Source: Paraphysomonas bandaiensis (lineage: Eukaryota > Protista > Chrysophyceae). From it: a DNA stretch of 64,000 bases. Positions within the stretch are counted from its first letter, which is position 1. Each line of letters starts with the position of its first letter. Shown here piece after piece: positions 52,202-64,000 of this stretch. A program made the position numbers and the translations under genes. The notes beneath the pieces are model-generated. The model was not told the DNA's origin and made no database searches. It saw only the letters and a list, made by a program, of their open reading frames with translations. Location: the NCBI GenBank assembly GCA_965644295.1, contig CBFFRP010000281.1, forward strand, positions 482,386 to 546,385. The letters run 5' to 3'.

Positions 52202-53210
52202 GTGTCATTCAATGTGCACCTACCTGACAGCGACTTGACATTCTACCGGAGGAACAAGATGTACGTGGCCGACATGCGCGACTGGGCGACAGCTAACGTC
52301 AACGTCACAACTGTAGCGGAGCGCGAAGCTCAGCATTCGAAAGTGGAAGTCGCGAGAGCGCGAGAAGCACGAGACCTGATCCGAAACTCGGGTTTCGACT
52401 CGGAGAGAGATGCTGTACAGCTAGTGAGCGACGGAAACGTTACAGGGGTGCGACTTACCCCGAGTGATATCAGAAGAGCTTTTGACATCTACGGGAGACC
52501 GTTCGAAGCGGTAAGAGGCAAGCAGACGAATAAGAAAGTCAGCCGTGCCCCATTCTGAGCGCGTACTTAGGTAGATTCGGATGGGGGTCGGGTGGGTACC
52601 TAACTAATACTTGATTTAAGTCCCATACGTTATTTGCTAGCTACCTACTGAACCCAACTAGCTACATCATTATCACATGGTATTCAGCGCTGAATATGCA
52701 GTGAGACCCCGGGTGGGGTAGTGCTGAAATAAGCAATGTGTACATAGGTAGAGGCGATCAATCGCAGCAGACATCCTGCTCAGTATAGCGTACCTTACCA
52801 CGAGAGTTAAGGGTCCAACAATCGAAGATCAGCAGAAGCTGGATCGAGTACTGAAATACCTTGCGCACACAAGGGATCAAGACCTGCAGCTAAAGATTGG
52901 AGAACAACTGCGGGTAAGTAGTTTCATCGACGCTTCATTCGCCACCCACGAAGACGGCAGAGGGCACACAGGCGTAGTTGTACAGCTTGGAGGGGCCACG
53001 GTACTATGCCGATCAACTAAGCAAAGAATTGTGACAAAAGACTCGACAGAATCCGAGCTGGTCGGCTTATCTGATATGGTGTCTAATGCGCTGAAATTAC
53101 ATGAGTTTGTGTGTGGGCAGGCTATGCGCTTGACCCACCTGTTATTATCAGGACAATATGTCGAACCTCAGCCTCGTGACGAAGGGAGGAGGTCGATATA
53201 GGTCGAAATA
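52202..53210 (+). mobile_element. Copia pol fragments (pre-integrase region and RT/RNase H), rearranged; repeated at 61673-62681
   Basis: 'TPSDIRRAFDIYG...RGKQT', 'LDRVLKYL..FIDASFATHEDGRGHTG..KQRIVTKDSTESELVGLSD..YQDNMS'. Confidence 0.8.
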
Positions 53211-53753
53211 TCTTATTACAACTTTAATGTAAGCGTTTAGACGCTATTACTTCTAGTGAACTATTAAATGCATGTCCATTGTGCATGATATATGGGCAGT
53301 CAGCATCTTATTTTTCGGAAATTAATTGAAGCAAATATAGTCTATATCACTGCAATACAACTACAGCTAAAATACAGATAATTATTGTCTCAATATTAGC
53401 CTGCTTCTGTAGACCACAACGGTATACCGGTATACTATATACTGTATACGGTATCGTCTACTTCCAACCGGCTTTTTCCAACCGGCTCGGCATAGCCGGT
53501 TTAGGCCGTAAAAGCCGGTTCAGTCGGCCAGTAGCTGAAAATTTTAGTCGAAGTTGGTATCATCAGTACAGTATCATGATCCAATACATGCATATCTAGC
53601 GCACACATACATACATCTATATACATACGCACTGCCGTATGCTACCACATAGAGCTCCATATCCAGTACGAGCGATCTCATCTCTGTACTACACTAACAC
53701 TATCTTATCATAGTAACACTCTACTACTACACTACACTCACAAACAAATAACA

Positions 53754-54463
53754 ATGAGTTCATCTGGTTCTGATGATGACTGTCCCGACTATGCTCTTAT
53801 CTTCATAGTCAGGAATGGAGAAACGATTAAACTGAAAGAGTTTAACAGTAAAAAAAATGTACGAAACAATTTAAAAAGTAAGTGATATATATAAGCATGT
53901 ATCTGGTGATGATGATGAGGGTTGGTTTTATTAGATTGAGGAATAAAGGGGCTGCAGTGGTTATGCTCAAGGAAGGGCATATTAACCATAAGAGGGTCGC
54001 TGGAGAGAAAAAGAAGGTAACATTCCTTGTGGGTACAGCATTTGGAAGAGGATGGTGTGATTTCGGCCCTCTTGATGAGGATGGATCAGATTATCAGATA
54101 TTCCGTGATGATGATGAGGATGATGTCGGTGATGATGATTCTGATGATGATGGAGAAGAAGATGATGATAACTGGCATATTATAAAGATCACTCGTAGTG
54201 GAACTGGTATTCGTGATGATGAAGAGAAGAAAAAGAAAAGAGCTCAAAAGAAGCAAAGACGAAATGAAAATCGAGGTTTGATGTCAATACTTGTTAAGGG
54301 GGGAAGAATTAGAGACTACACTAACCCAGAAGGTGACTCGGAAAAAGAGGCTCAGCTGTCTTTCCTGATTGGTACCGCTTACGGACGTGGAATCTGTGAA
54401 GACCTCGGTCCTCTTGAAGATGACGGTCCCTTGGCAATTCTTGAAAACTATGATAGCGACTAG
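53754..54463 (+). CDS. Hypothetical protein with two copies of an unrecognised domain (FLxGTA[FY]GRGxC..GPLxxDG); probable short intron near 53880-53935
   Basis: ATG at 53754 (MSSSGSDDDCPDYALIFIVRNG) plus ORF 53882-54463 with a clear internal repeat; splice sites uncertain. Confidence 0.6.
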
Positions 54464-56497
54464 TCATAAATGACTTCAACACTGACAGATGAGAATGCGA
54501 ATTGTACATTCTTATAACTCACAATGGTTCCACGTGTTCTAACACTAATAAAAAATTGTAAAACAAGATATCTGCAGTTTTTGCTTAGTCGTAACTGACA
54601 GTTGGAAATAAGATTTTAGTGAACGGATTCGGAAATACTAAATTCGAAGATACAGTTCGGAGGTCAGGATGTCTTCAGTACTAATAGTAATGTCAAGATT
54701 ATAGTTACATTGATTATTCTTAGTTTTAGTAAATCTGTTAATATAGAGCAACTGAAGAAAATAGATGCTTCATACGGAATCATATACTATAAAGGTCTAC
54801 TGAATTTTGTAATTATTACTATCTATTGTTCTGTGTTTCATGTACTTTAGAAGTCAACCGACTCCTTCTAAATCAAAAGAGTTGATATTTTAACTTGTAC
54901 AGTATTTTTTTATCTTACTAGTATAGTGGTGATGAATGTCTTATTCTTAGCAATAGACGTTTAACTCTGATATCCTACTATTTCACCGCAAGCACCAAGG
55001 TGCGACCATTTCCGTTCTTGTGAGGGAGAAGTTCTCTACCACTCAAAGCAGAATAGTCATATACCCGACATCTGCTGACTTCAGGGTGTTTGAGCCCTTA
55101 AGGTGAACAGCCAGGATGCTTGTCTTCAGCAGGCAGCCCAATACCCCTGATGCCCACCCCTGATGCCCTTGGGGTGAGCCCATTCCCGGATGCCTGTTTA
55201 TTTATCAAGGCCCAATGGTGTCTACTACACAGTTGACACGTGTCAGTGTCCATTTTACCACACAAGCATAGGCTATGAGTGCGTAGAACAACAATATCTG
55301 CTGACTATATATGCGGCTCACGTTAGTTTCCGGAGAAATATCTCCAGTACCAACTCAGACTTTGCTGAGGGCCCACTTGTGTGTTATGATATTTTGCAGT
55401 CATATAACCCTGTCAATCGGTAGTTGTACTTCTCGGGCAACCCTCAAGTTTTACTTGGCACCAGGTTTCCAATATCTATGCTGTAATGTATTTACATGTC
55501 TTCGACAGCTACACCCGAAAGCCCATAATACCAGCTAGCTATAGTGTATACTACACATAGACTGTTGCAAGTTTGAGCAATAAAAAAGCTGTATTTCTAA
55601 GGGTTTGAATTATAGCCGTTACTTAATGAGTACGGTACTTACGTATTTACAGACAGTGTCATATATGAAGTTGATAAAATGAAGTAGCATAGCTAAACTA
55701 AATATATTGATTGTGAATGCTCGTATATATCTAATATCTGATATTATTGAAAGAGGTAGTAGAGAAAGTATCAAGATATCAATTGACAATGATTGATGAG
55801 GGATGTTGAACACAACTTCAATAATTGATTATTGAGTACACTTTATGTTAAGTTATCTACTTACAGGATGAAGTCTAAAAAGTCTATTTTGGATAAGTAT
55901 TAGGTACTGAGAGCGAACAATTAAACATTTATACTCCATTAATTTGTAATCAAAATATATTCAGCCTCCCCTCTGTCTGCTTCTGGTATCTGGTATCAAA
56001 AGTGATCTAAATAGGTTTCTCTTAAATCAGTAAAAGAGGCATTTTATAGCTGTGGTTCTATAGTAAGTGGGATTAGTTATCTATTGCAGAATATTGTTTT
56101 GTTCCTAAGTCATAATATCCTCTCCGAATTTATGATTTACACCCCTTGCCGTTTGGTGTACTTCAACCCAGTTGCTTGGGGTGCTGTGAGGCGTAGTAGC
56201 AATTGAAGTTGTACTATAGACAATAGATTACCACACAATAGAATCATGAGGTCAGTGTTAGAAAGCGGCATTCTTACTTTTATGTGAAAGGGAATTTACT
56301 TAGAGGTTGTTGAAGGTAGTTTATAAAACCCAGCATGTAATAGAACAATGTTGATATTAAGTCAATTAAACCTGACTCAGCAAGCAAACAGAAACAAATT
56401 GAGAACCAGTTATACATCAATTTTAAATAATTAGCGGAATAATAAGTAAATAGTATTTCAGAAGGCTGTGTGTTATAAAGTTCTGAAAAATAGATGG

Positions 56498-58376
56498 TTA
56501 GCCTCTTCTTTTCACTCGTATAGGTAATCCGTTCTGAGGTCTCATCGTGAAAGATGTCTCCAGGAGGTTGTCCTCATTCAGCATGCCCATATCACCCAAC
56601 TCAAAACTGTAGCGACTTATCAGTTGATTTAAAGCAACTCTCATCTCCACTAGCGCAAGGTTCATTCCAACACAATTCCGGATGCCGTAAGAGAAGGGAG
56701 CAAAGCAAATTTCCTTGCTATTCAATCCACAACCAGCGTATACTGCAGGGGAAGACAAGCGCGTCGCCGCAGATTGGCTTCTAGGCCTTGTTTTAAGGTG
56801 CTCGTCGAGTGGGTCAGCAGCACAGTCACGCACGCTATCTTCGTTCGCGTTCTCCTTCAAGCATATATTACAGTAGATAGACACAATATTTACATTTACC
56901 TGTTCTAACCATCTCTCTGGCTTAAATTCATCAACATCAGGTCCCCAATTTCCCGAATAATTCTGTAAACAAAGAATATTGACCACCACCCACCATCCAT
57001 GAGGAAGAAATATGTCCTCAGTTAACTGATAGCCCTCTTTCTGTTTTACCTCGCGCATACTGCCTGTAGCTGCAGTAGGATATTTACGCATACTCTCCTT
57101 CAAAACAGCTTCCACATACGGAGGTAGAGTATCTCTGGCAGCGGTAGAAGACATATGAGCATCAACTTCTTCTTGACAACGCTTTTGAACAGAGGGGTAT
57201 CGTGCAAGACAGTACACAACAAAAGCAAGAGTATGTGCAGTAGTGTCCATTCCTACATGCAATATATAAAATATTACGCAATGTCTAACAAAGAAATTGA
57301 ATATGTACAAAAAAAAGTAACATATAAACAGAACTATGTCTAACCAGCAATGAAAAAAGTCCCTATCTCTGCCACAATATCGTCCTCCGAAATATTCGGC
57401 TCGTCTGCTAATTTTAGGACTGACATTGCTAATCCACCTTCACGCAGCTCCCCTTTACGATGCAAGTCTCTGCAATTATACGCCACTCATATTAAAATAT
57501 ACATGAATACTTCGATGCGTTGTATTACTACTGCACGGATATACACACTATTCAGAGCAGAGATTGTGGTGAAATATACCTGATGTGCGAGAGGATGTGG
57601 CGCATCGTTTCCGTGTACTTATATCTTGCGCGCCGGTACACATTAAATGGATATATAGGTGCCTTGTAGAGATAAGTTGCCAAAGGCAATCGACGTACCC
57701 ATCCCATCTGCAATAGTGATGATAATAATGCATATCACATAATACGTTGACTCACCTGAAACAATTCTTTCAGCACACCATCGATATATGTGCAGTAATT
57801 GGAAGTGTCATCGAACGGCCGAGCATCCATTTCAAATGCAACCTCGCATATTACACCAATAGTCAATTGTGTAAATGTGTCATCAATACGAAGGATAGTA
57901 TCGTCATCTGCAGCCTTATCTAATACAGTACATAACTTTCTTGTCACTTGCTGTATAGATTTCAGGTGCACCCTCAAGCTTGATGTTGAAAATGATTTCC
58001 TGAAAGTACTTCGTCGATGATGCCACTCTGGTCCAGTATCCAGACTAAATATACTATCTGGTATAAGTTCAGGTGTTGCATTATGAAAGAATCCTTTCCC
58101 TTGTATGTCTCTTAATACCGCCCGAGCCAAACACTTATCAGCCACTAACAACATATTCTTTCCTAACACTCGAAACTGTATAAGTGGCCCCTTCTCTTCC
58201 ACTATCTGTCGCATAATTTTTTCATTTTGAAAATTTGTAAATCCTAAAATTGAGTTTCCTTTTTGTGTGGGTATGTTTTTCAGGCCTGGAGTGTGAGTGA
58301 AGTAATAGTACAGAGCCACTGTGATAGTAACAGCCAGGGTTAGGAATAGTAAAGTAGATATGAGGAGGAAACTCAT
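56498..58376 (-). CDS. Cytochrome P450; multi-exon
   Basis: N-terminal TM, spliced I-helix FIAG|MDTT, ESMR (ExxR), KPERW, heme motif FSYGIRNCVG. Confidence 0.95.
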
Positions 58377-59028
58377 AGTTATAAGGGGGGGGGGGGTTAC
58401 TTGTATGTATGTGTAGAATGATAGTGTGGATAGATTAGATAGGAGGGTGTAGTTTAGTAGAGGTGGATATGCTCAGTGCGTGAAGAGTGTATCTGGATGT
58501 AGTGTGATACGACTGTATGATACGACTATGCATGATATGACTGTATGAGGATTCGATAGGAGGAGTAGGTACACTGTCATATACCAGTATCCACAGTAGG
58601 AATTCCTATACGTACCCACATGCCCCTATAGTACGAACTGTGTAGAGTACGTAGAACTAGTACTTGCAGTATGTCCGGATATCCGGATATTGATTATATG
58701 TGACTAGGAAAAGTAAGAGACGTACAATGCAGAAATAAGGGATTTCCTAAAAACTGCACATAATTTCATTATTATTTTTAGGATTTTAGTGCCATAAAAT
58801 CCCTAATATTCTTTGGTATGTCATTCTTGACGGTTGAAGTGCTTGTTTCCCTTCATGCGATATGTGCATAAAAATAGACCTCCATGTCCTCATATCCACT
58901 GACACGATTTATGCAACCAACTGCAACAACCAATGCATACCATTCCACCCAGTGCTCTGACAATGCATTCATGCATAGAATATGGAGTGATATGGTCTCA
59001 TTTTAAGTGACTGTGGTATTAACTTTAA

Positions 59029-61070
59029 ATGCCCATTAAATCGCCCATATCGAGTTGGATATCTGTGAGTCCACGTATTACCTGTGTCATCGTGTTTTCC
59101 ACAGTTGGTCTGATATCACTGATACCTGTATTCATCGGTCTTAGGGTATCGGAGAGTCCAAACTTTGAGCCTAATGTTGTCAGGCACTGGCAAGCATTCG
59201 AGAACATCAATTGGCTGTCACTTGCAGTCACGTTTCCACTTGCACTGGATACAGCTTTAGATTACTATTTACCTTATACTGACACAACTCCTCGGTGGAT
59301 GCTAGTTTTTGCATTAGCTTTTCCTGCACTCGTTGTCATTACGCTTCCGGAATATGCTTACACCAATTCTCGCAGTATTGGGTATTGTGTCATACTTTTT
59401 CGAGAAGCTCTTGTCAGAGGTGCATTATTAAGTTTTATGCTTGACGAGAAATCTTCACCTAATGACGTCAAATTTACTGGTGTACTTGGACTGTTGAATG
59501 TAATCGTGCTTCAAATAAGATTGTGGGAGGGATTTGCTCAGCGCATGTTTAACATTGACTGGAGCTACTTTGCACATGCATTAACAAGTTGTGGTACATT
59601 ACTGTTGTGCACGGTTGTGTACAGACACTACAAAATTAATGCAAAAGTTAAAATTCATTGGCTGCACAGTTCTTTCTATGCGTTATTGTTTATTTGTAGC
59701 ATGATAGTCAAGTATGCGCTGATGCTCATTACTAATGATATTACGTACCTGGGTTTACCTGACATCGTAATTTGCGTCGTTGCAACACTAATTCCTGGTA
59801 GACTAGCACGTCATGAAAAATCTATTGCTGAGGTAAGTGCAAACATCTGCTCTTTCTTGAAATAATATATATATAGATCATTTTATCGTCAAAGAGAGAC
59901 TATATAGGTTACATGTCTCATGAGATCCGTACACCTCTGAATGCGATATTCATGGGGATACAGCTATTAGGCAAAGAGTATAGGAACGAACTGTCTGCAA
60001 TGAACGACTGCAGCATCATTCTAGGCGACATTGAAGATTCGTGCAGAGTAGCGATTAATATTCTAAATGAGTCCCTCCTTGTACATAAGATTGAGGCGGG
60101 AACTTTGACTGTGGAAAAAAAACTGATACCAGCAATAGATCTGATTGAAGGAGTGGCAGTATCCTTTGAAAACCAGGTTTGATATATGTCAATTGTTCGC
60201 ACTCAACATGGGATGTTGCCTGTGACTGTTTGACTGTGTTTAATATTTTTTTTCTATAGGCCCGTTTGCAAGGAATCAACTTTCGTTGTAGAGATGACCT
60301 CCATATCGACCCACTTTTGTATCGCTTGGAAGGACACGTCAATGTCGACGAACGAAAAATTGCTCATATCCTCCGCAATCTAATTTCAAATGCACTGAAG
60401 TTTACCCCCTCCGGAGGTAGCGTGAAGGTATTTACGAAAGTTAGACGAAGGAAGAATGCTGCAGTTCCTCTAATCGAATCTAGGGCATCGGTTCAGCCTG
60501 TTGGACTTTCTATCTTGGAGCAGTGTGCCTCGACATTAGAACGACTGACTCCAACTTCAAGTTTCAACCTTAACGATTATATTCTCCGTATTGAGGTCCA
60601 CGACACTGGAGTTGGTATATCAGAGGTATTTAGTACAAGCATATGCGAGTGAAAGTACTAAGATTCAATAGGAGAACCAGAAAATGTTATTTAATGACAA
60701 TGTTCAATTCAATAGCGCAAAGCTTCAGAATGGAGGTGGCGCTGGTATTGGCCTGTGGAGTGAGTGATTGTGTCATTCATTTTTATTTATTACTTTTATT
60801 TCTGATTTATACCATATAGTCTCAAAGATGATTGCCGATTTGCATGGAGGGAATTTTGGCTTGGAATCAACTTCCAACTCTGGGACTGTATTTTTTTTAG
60901 AATTAGATTTATGTGAAGGTTCAAGTGATATAGAAAGCAACTTGATAACTTCGTTTTCATCTAAGACATGTGAAAGGACAATTCATACGACTTGTTGTTC
61001 TGACCCTATCATGCATTACAATTACTTTTTATTTCTCATATCACATGATTATAGTATATTACAGCACTAA
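59029..61070 (+). CDS. Multi-TM sensor histidine kinase lacking a receiver domain; 4 introns; 3' end overlaps the duplicated segment
   Basis: About 7 TM helices, SHEIRTPLN, NLISNALKFT, DTGVG, GGGAGIGLW, LHGG..GTVF. Confidence 0.85.
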
Positions 61071-64000
61071 TACTTTCAAAAACACAATCTGTGATATAGA
61101 GTAATGCCTCTGCTCCACACTTCTATGCTGATAAATTAGTATTCTCTCGTTTCATACTCTGGTGATAATTAATCTGCTATTAAAATGTTGTATTCATGTA
61201 GATATGAGAGTTACACTTCTACCATTAGGAATTGTCCACCCTATGATACAAGTAGTTAAAGATCTACAATAATAATTCTGGTCCTATGTTGCTGTAGCAA
61301 CTGCTCTGCACAAGTTTTATGTATTATTGACGTCTATGAGTTCCCCTGAAGAGATAATATCCTGAGCAACCTGAAGAAAGGATAAACCTTCATCTAGATA
61401 TCTATATCATTGCATAGGACAGTGTATTCATGCATGTTCATTGTGCATGATATGGAGAAACTTCTGCCTGCTTCTGTAGACCACAACGGTATACCGGTAT
61501 ACTCTATATACGGTATCGTTTACTATATATATTTCCAACCGGCTCGGCATAGCCGGTTCTGACGATGACTGTCCCGACTATGCCCTTATCTTCATCGATA
61601 CAGTTGTGACGTTGACGTTAGCTGTCGCCCAGTCGCGCATGTCGGCCACGTACATCTTGTTCCTCCGGTAGAGTGTCATTCAATGTGCACCTACCTGACA
61701 GCGACTTGACATTCTACCGGAGGAACAAGATGTACGTGGCCGACATGCGCGACTGGGCGACAGCTAACGTCAACGTCACAACTGTAGCGGAGCGCGAAGC
61801 TCAGCATTCGAAAGTGGAAGTCGCGAGAGCGCGAGAAGCACGAGACCTGATCCGAAACTCGGGTTTCGACTCGGAGAGAGATGCTGTACAGCTAGTGAGC
61901 GACGGAAACGTTACAGGGGTGCGACTTACCCCGAGTGATATCAGAAGAGCTTTTGACATCTACGGGAGACCGTTCGAAGCGGTAAGAGGCAAGCAGACGA
62001 ATAAGAAAGTCAGCCGTGCCCCATTCTGAGCGCGTACTTAGGTAGATTCGGATGGGGGTCGGGTGGGTACCTAACTAATACTTGATTTAAGTCCCATACG
62101 TTATTTGCTAGCTACCTACTGAACCCAACTAGCTACATCATTATCACATGGTATTCAGCGCTGAATATGCAGTGAGACCCCGGGTGGGGTAGTGCTGAAA
62201 TAAGCAATGTGTACATAGGTAGAGGCGATCAATCGCAGCAGACATCCTGCTCAGTATAGCGTACCTTACCACGAGAGTTAAGGGTCCAACAATCGAAGAT
62301 CAGCAGAAGCTGGATCGAGTACTGAAATACCTTGCGCACACAAGGGATCAAGACCTGCAGCTAAAGATTGGAGAACAACTGCGGGTAAGTAGTTTCATCG
62401 ACGCTTCATTCGCCACCCACGAAGACGGCAGAGGGCACACAGGCGTAGTTGTACAGCTTGGAGGGGCCACGGTACTATGCCGATCAACTAAGCAAAGAAT
62501 TGTGACAAAAGACTCGACAGAATCCGAGCTGGTCGGCTTATCTGATATGGTGTCTAATGCGCTGAAATTACATGAGTTTGTGTGTGGGCAGGCTATGCGC
62601 TTGACCCACCTGTTATTATCAGGACAATATGTCGAACCTCAGCCTCGTGACGAAGGGAGGAGGTCGATATAGGTCGAAATATCTTATTACAACTTTAATG
62701 TAAGCGTTTAGACGCTATTACTTCTAGTGAACTATTAAATGCATGTCCATTGTGCATGATATATGGGCAGTCAGCATCTTATTTTTCGGAAATTAATTGA
62801 AGCAAATATAGTCTATATCACTGCAATACAACTACAGCTAAAATACAGATAATTATTGTCTCAATATTAGCCTGCTTCTGTAGACCACAACGGTATACCG
62901 GTATACTATATACTGTATACGGTATCGTCTACTTCCAACCGGCTTTTTCCAACCGGCTCGGCATAGCCGGTTTAGGCCGTAAAAGCCGGTTCAGTCGGCC
63001 AGTAGCTGAAAATTTTAGTCGAAGTTGGTATCATCAGTACAGTATCATGATCCAATACATGCATATCTAGCGCACACATACATACATCTATATACATACG
63101 CACTGCCGTATGCTACCACATAGAGCTCCATATCCAGTACGAGCGATCTCATCTCTGTACTACACTAACACTATCTTATCATAGTAACACTCTACTACTA
63201 CACTACACTCACAAACAAATAACAATGAGTTCATCTGGTTCTGATGATGACTGTCCCGACTATGCTCTTATCTTCATAGTCAGGAATGGAGAAACGATTA
63301 AACTGAAAGAGTTTAACAGTAAAAAAAATGTACGAAACAATTTAAAAAGTAAGTGATATATATAAGCATGTATCTGGTGATGATGATGAGGGTTGGTTTT
63401 ATTAGATTGAGGAATAAAGGGGCTGCAGTGGTTATGCTCAAGGAAGGGCATATTAACCATAAGAGGGTCGCTGGAGAGAAAAAGAAGGTAACATTCCTTG
63501 TGGGTACAGCATTTGGAAGAGGATGGTGTGATTTCGGCCCTCTTGATGAGGATGGATCAGATTATCAGATATTCCGTGATGATGATGAGGATGATGTCGG
63601 TGATGATGATTCTGATGATGATGGAGAAGAAGATGATGATAACTGGCATATTATAAAGATCACTCGTAGTGGAACTGGTATTCGTGATGATGAAGAGAAG
63701 AAAAAGAAAAGAGCTCAAAAGAAGCAAAGACGAAATGAAAATCGAGGTTTGATGTCAATACTTGTTAAGGGGGGAAGAATTAGAGACTACACTAACCCAG
63801 AAGGTGACTCGGAAAAAGAGGCTCAGCTGTCTTTCCTGATTGGTACCGCTTACGGACGTGGAATCTGTGAAGACCTCGGTCCTCTTGAAGATGACGGTCC
63901 CTTGGCAATTCTTGAAAACTATGATAGCGACTAGTCATAAATGACTTCAACACTGACAGATGAGAATGCGAATTGTACATTCTTATAACTCACAATGGTT
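60984..64000 (+). repeat. Duplicated composite segment, copy 2 (runs off window end)
   Basis: Apparently identical to 51513-54529. Confidence 0.97.
63225..63934 (+). CDS. Second copy of the double-domain hypothetical protein
   Basis: Identical to 53754-54463. Confidence 0.6.

Larger units (their letters stand above)
51513..54529 (+). repeat. Duplicated composite segment, copy 1 (at least 3 kb; true 3' limit unknown)
   Basis: Apparently identical to 60984-64000 at offset 9471. Confidence 0.97.

Overview
Gene-dense, AT-rich eukaryotic nuclear DNA with many short (about 45-60 nt) GT-AG introns. The gene content (membrane-bound histidine kinases, CDPK, mitochondrion-targeted ATP-PEPCK, diatom-like copia remnants) suggests a stramenopile, possibly a chrysophyte (inference). 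Genes: ecdysoneless/SGT1 (3' part), RPIA, a hybrid histidine kinase with a degenerate ATPase domain, a TM-anchored CDPK, a 33-aa-repeat coiled-coil protein, ATP-PEPCK, ALG14, an ABCG half-transporter, a secreted tandem DUF442-like protein, an unknown protein, a TTC29-like pseudogene, YbeY, a spliced DUF924::Gfo/Idh/MocA fusion, a GT8-like glycosyltransferase, a cytochrome P450 and a second, multi-TM histidine kinase. Mobile DNA: an intact Ty1/copia element with identical TA..TA LTRs, two decayed hAT elements, MITE-like inverted repeats, copia fragments, and a ~3 kb composite segment present twice. Standout: the 131-bp tandem repeat inside a PEPCK intron is a 10-copy array of a box C/D snoRNA with a U61/SNORD61-type 18S guide, and an 11th copy sits in another intron of the same gene.
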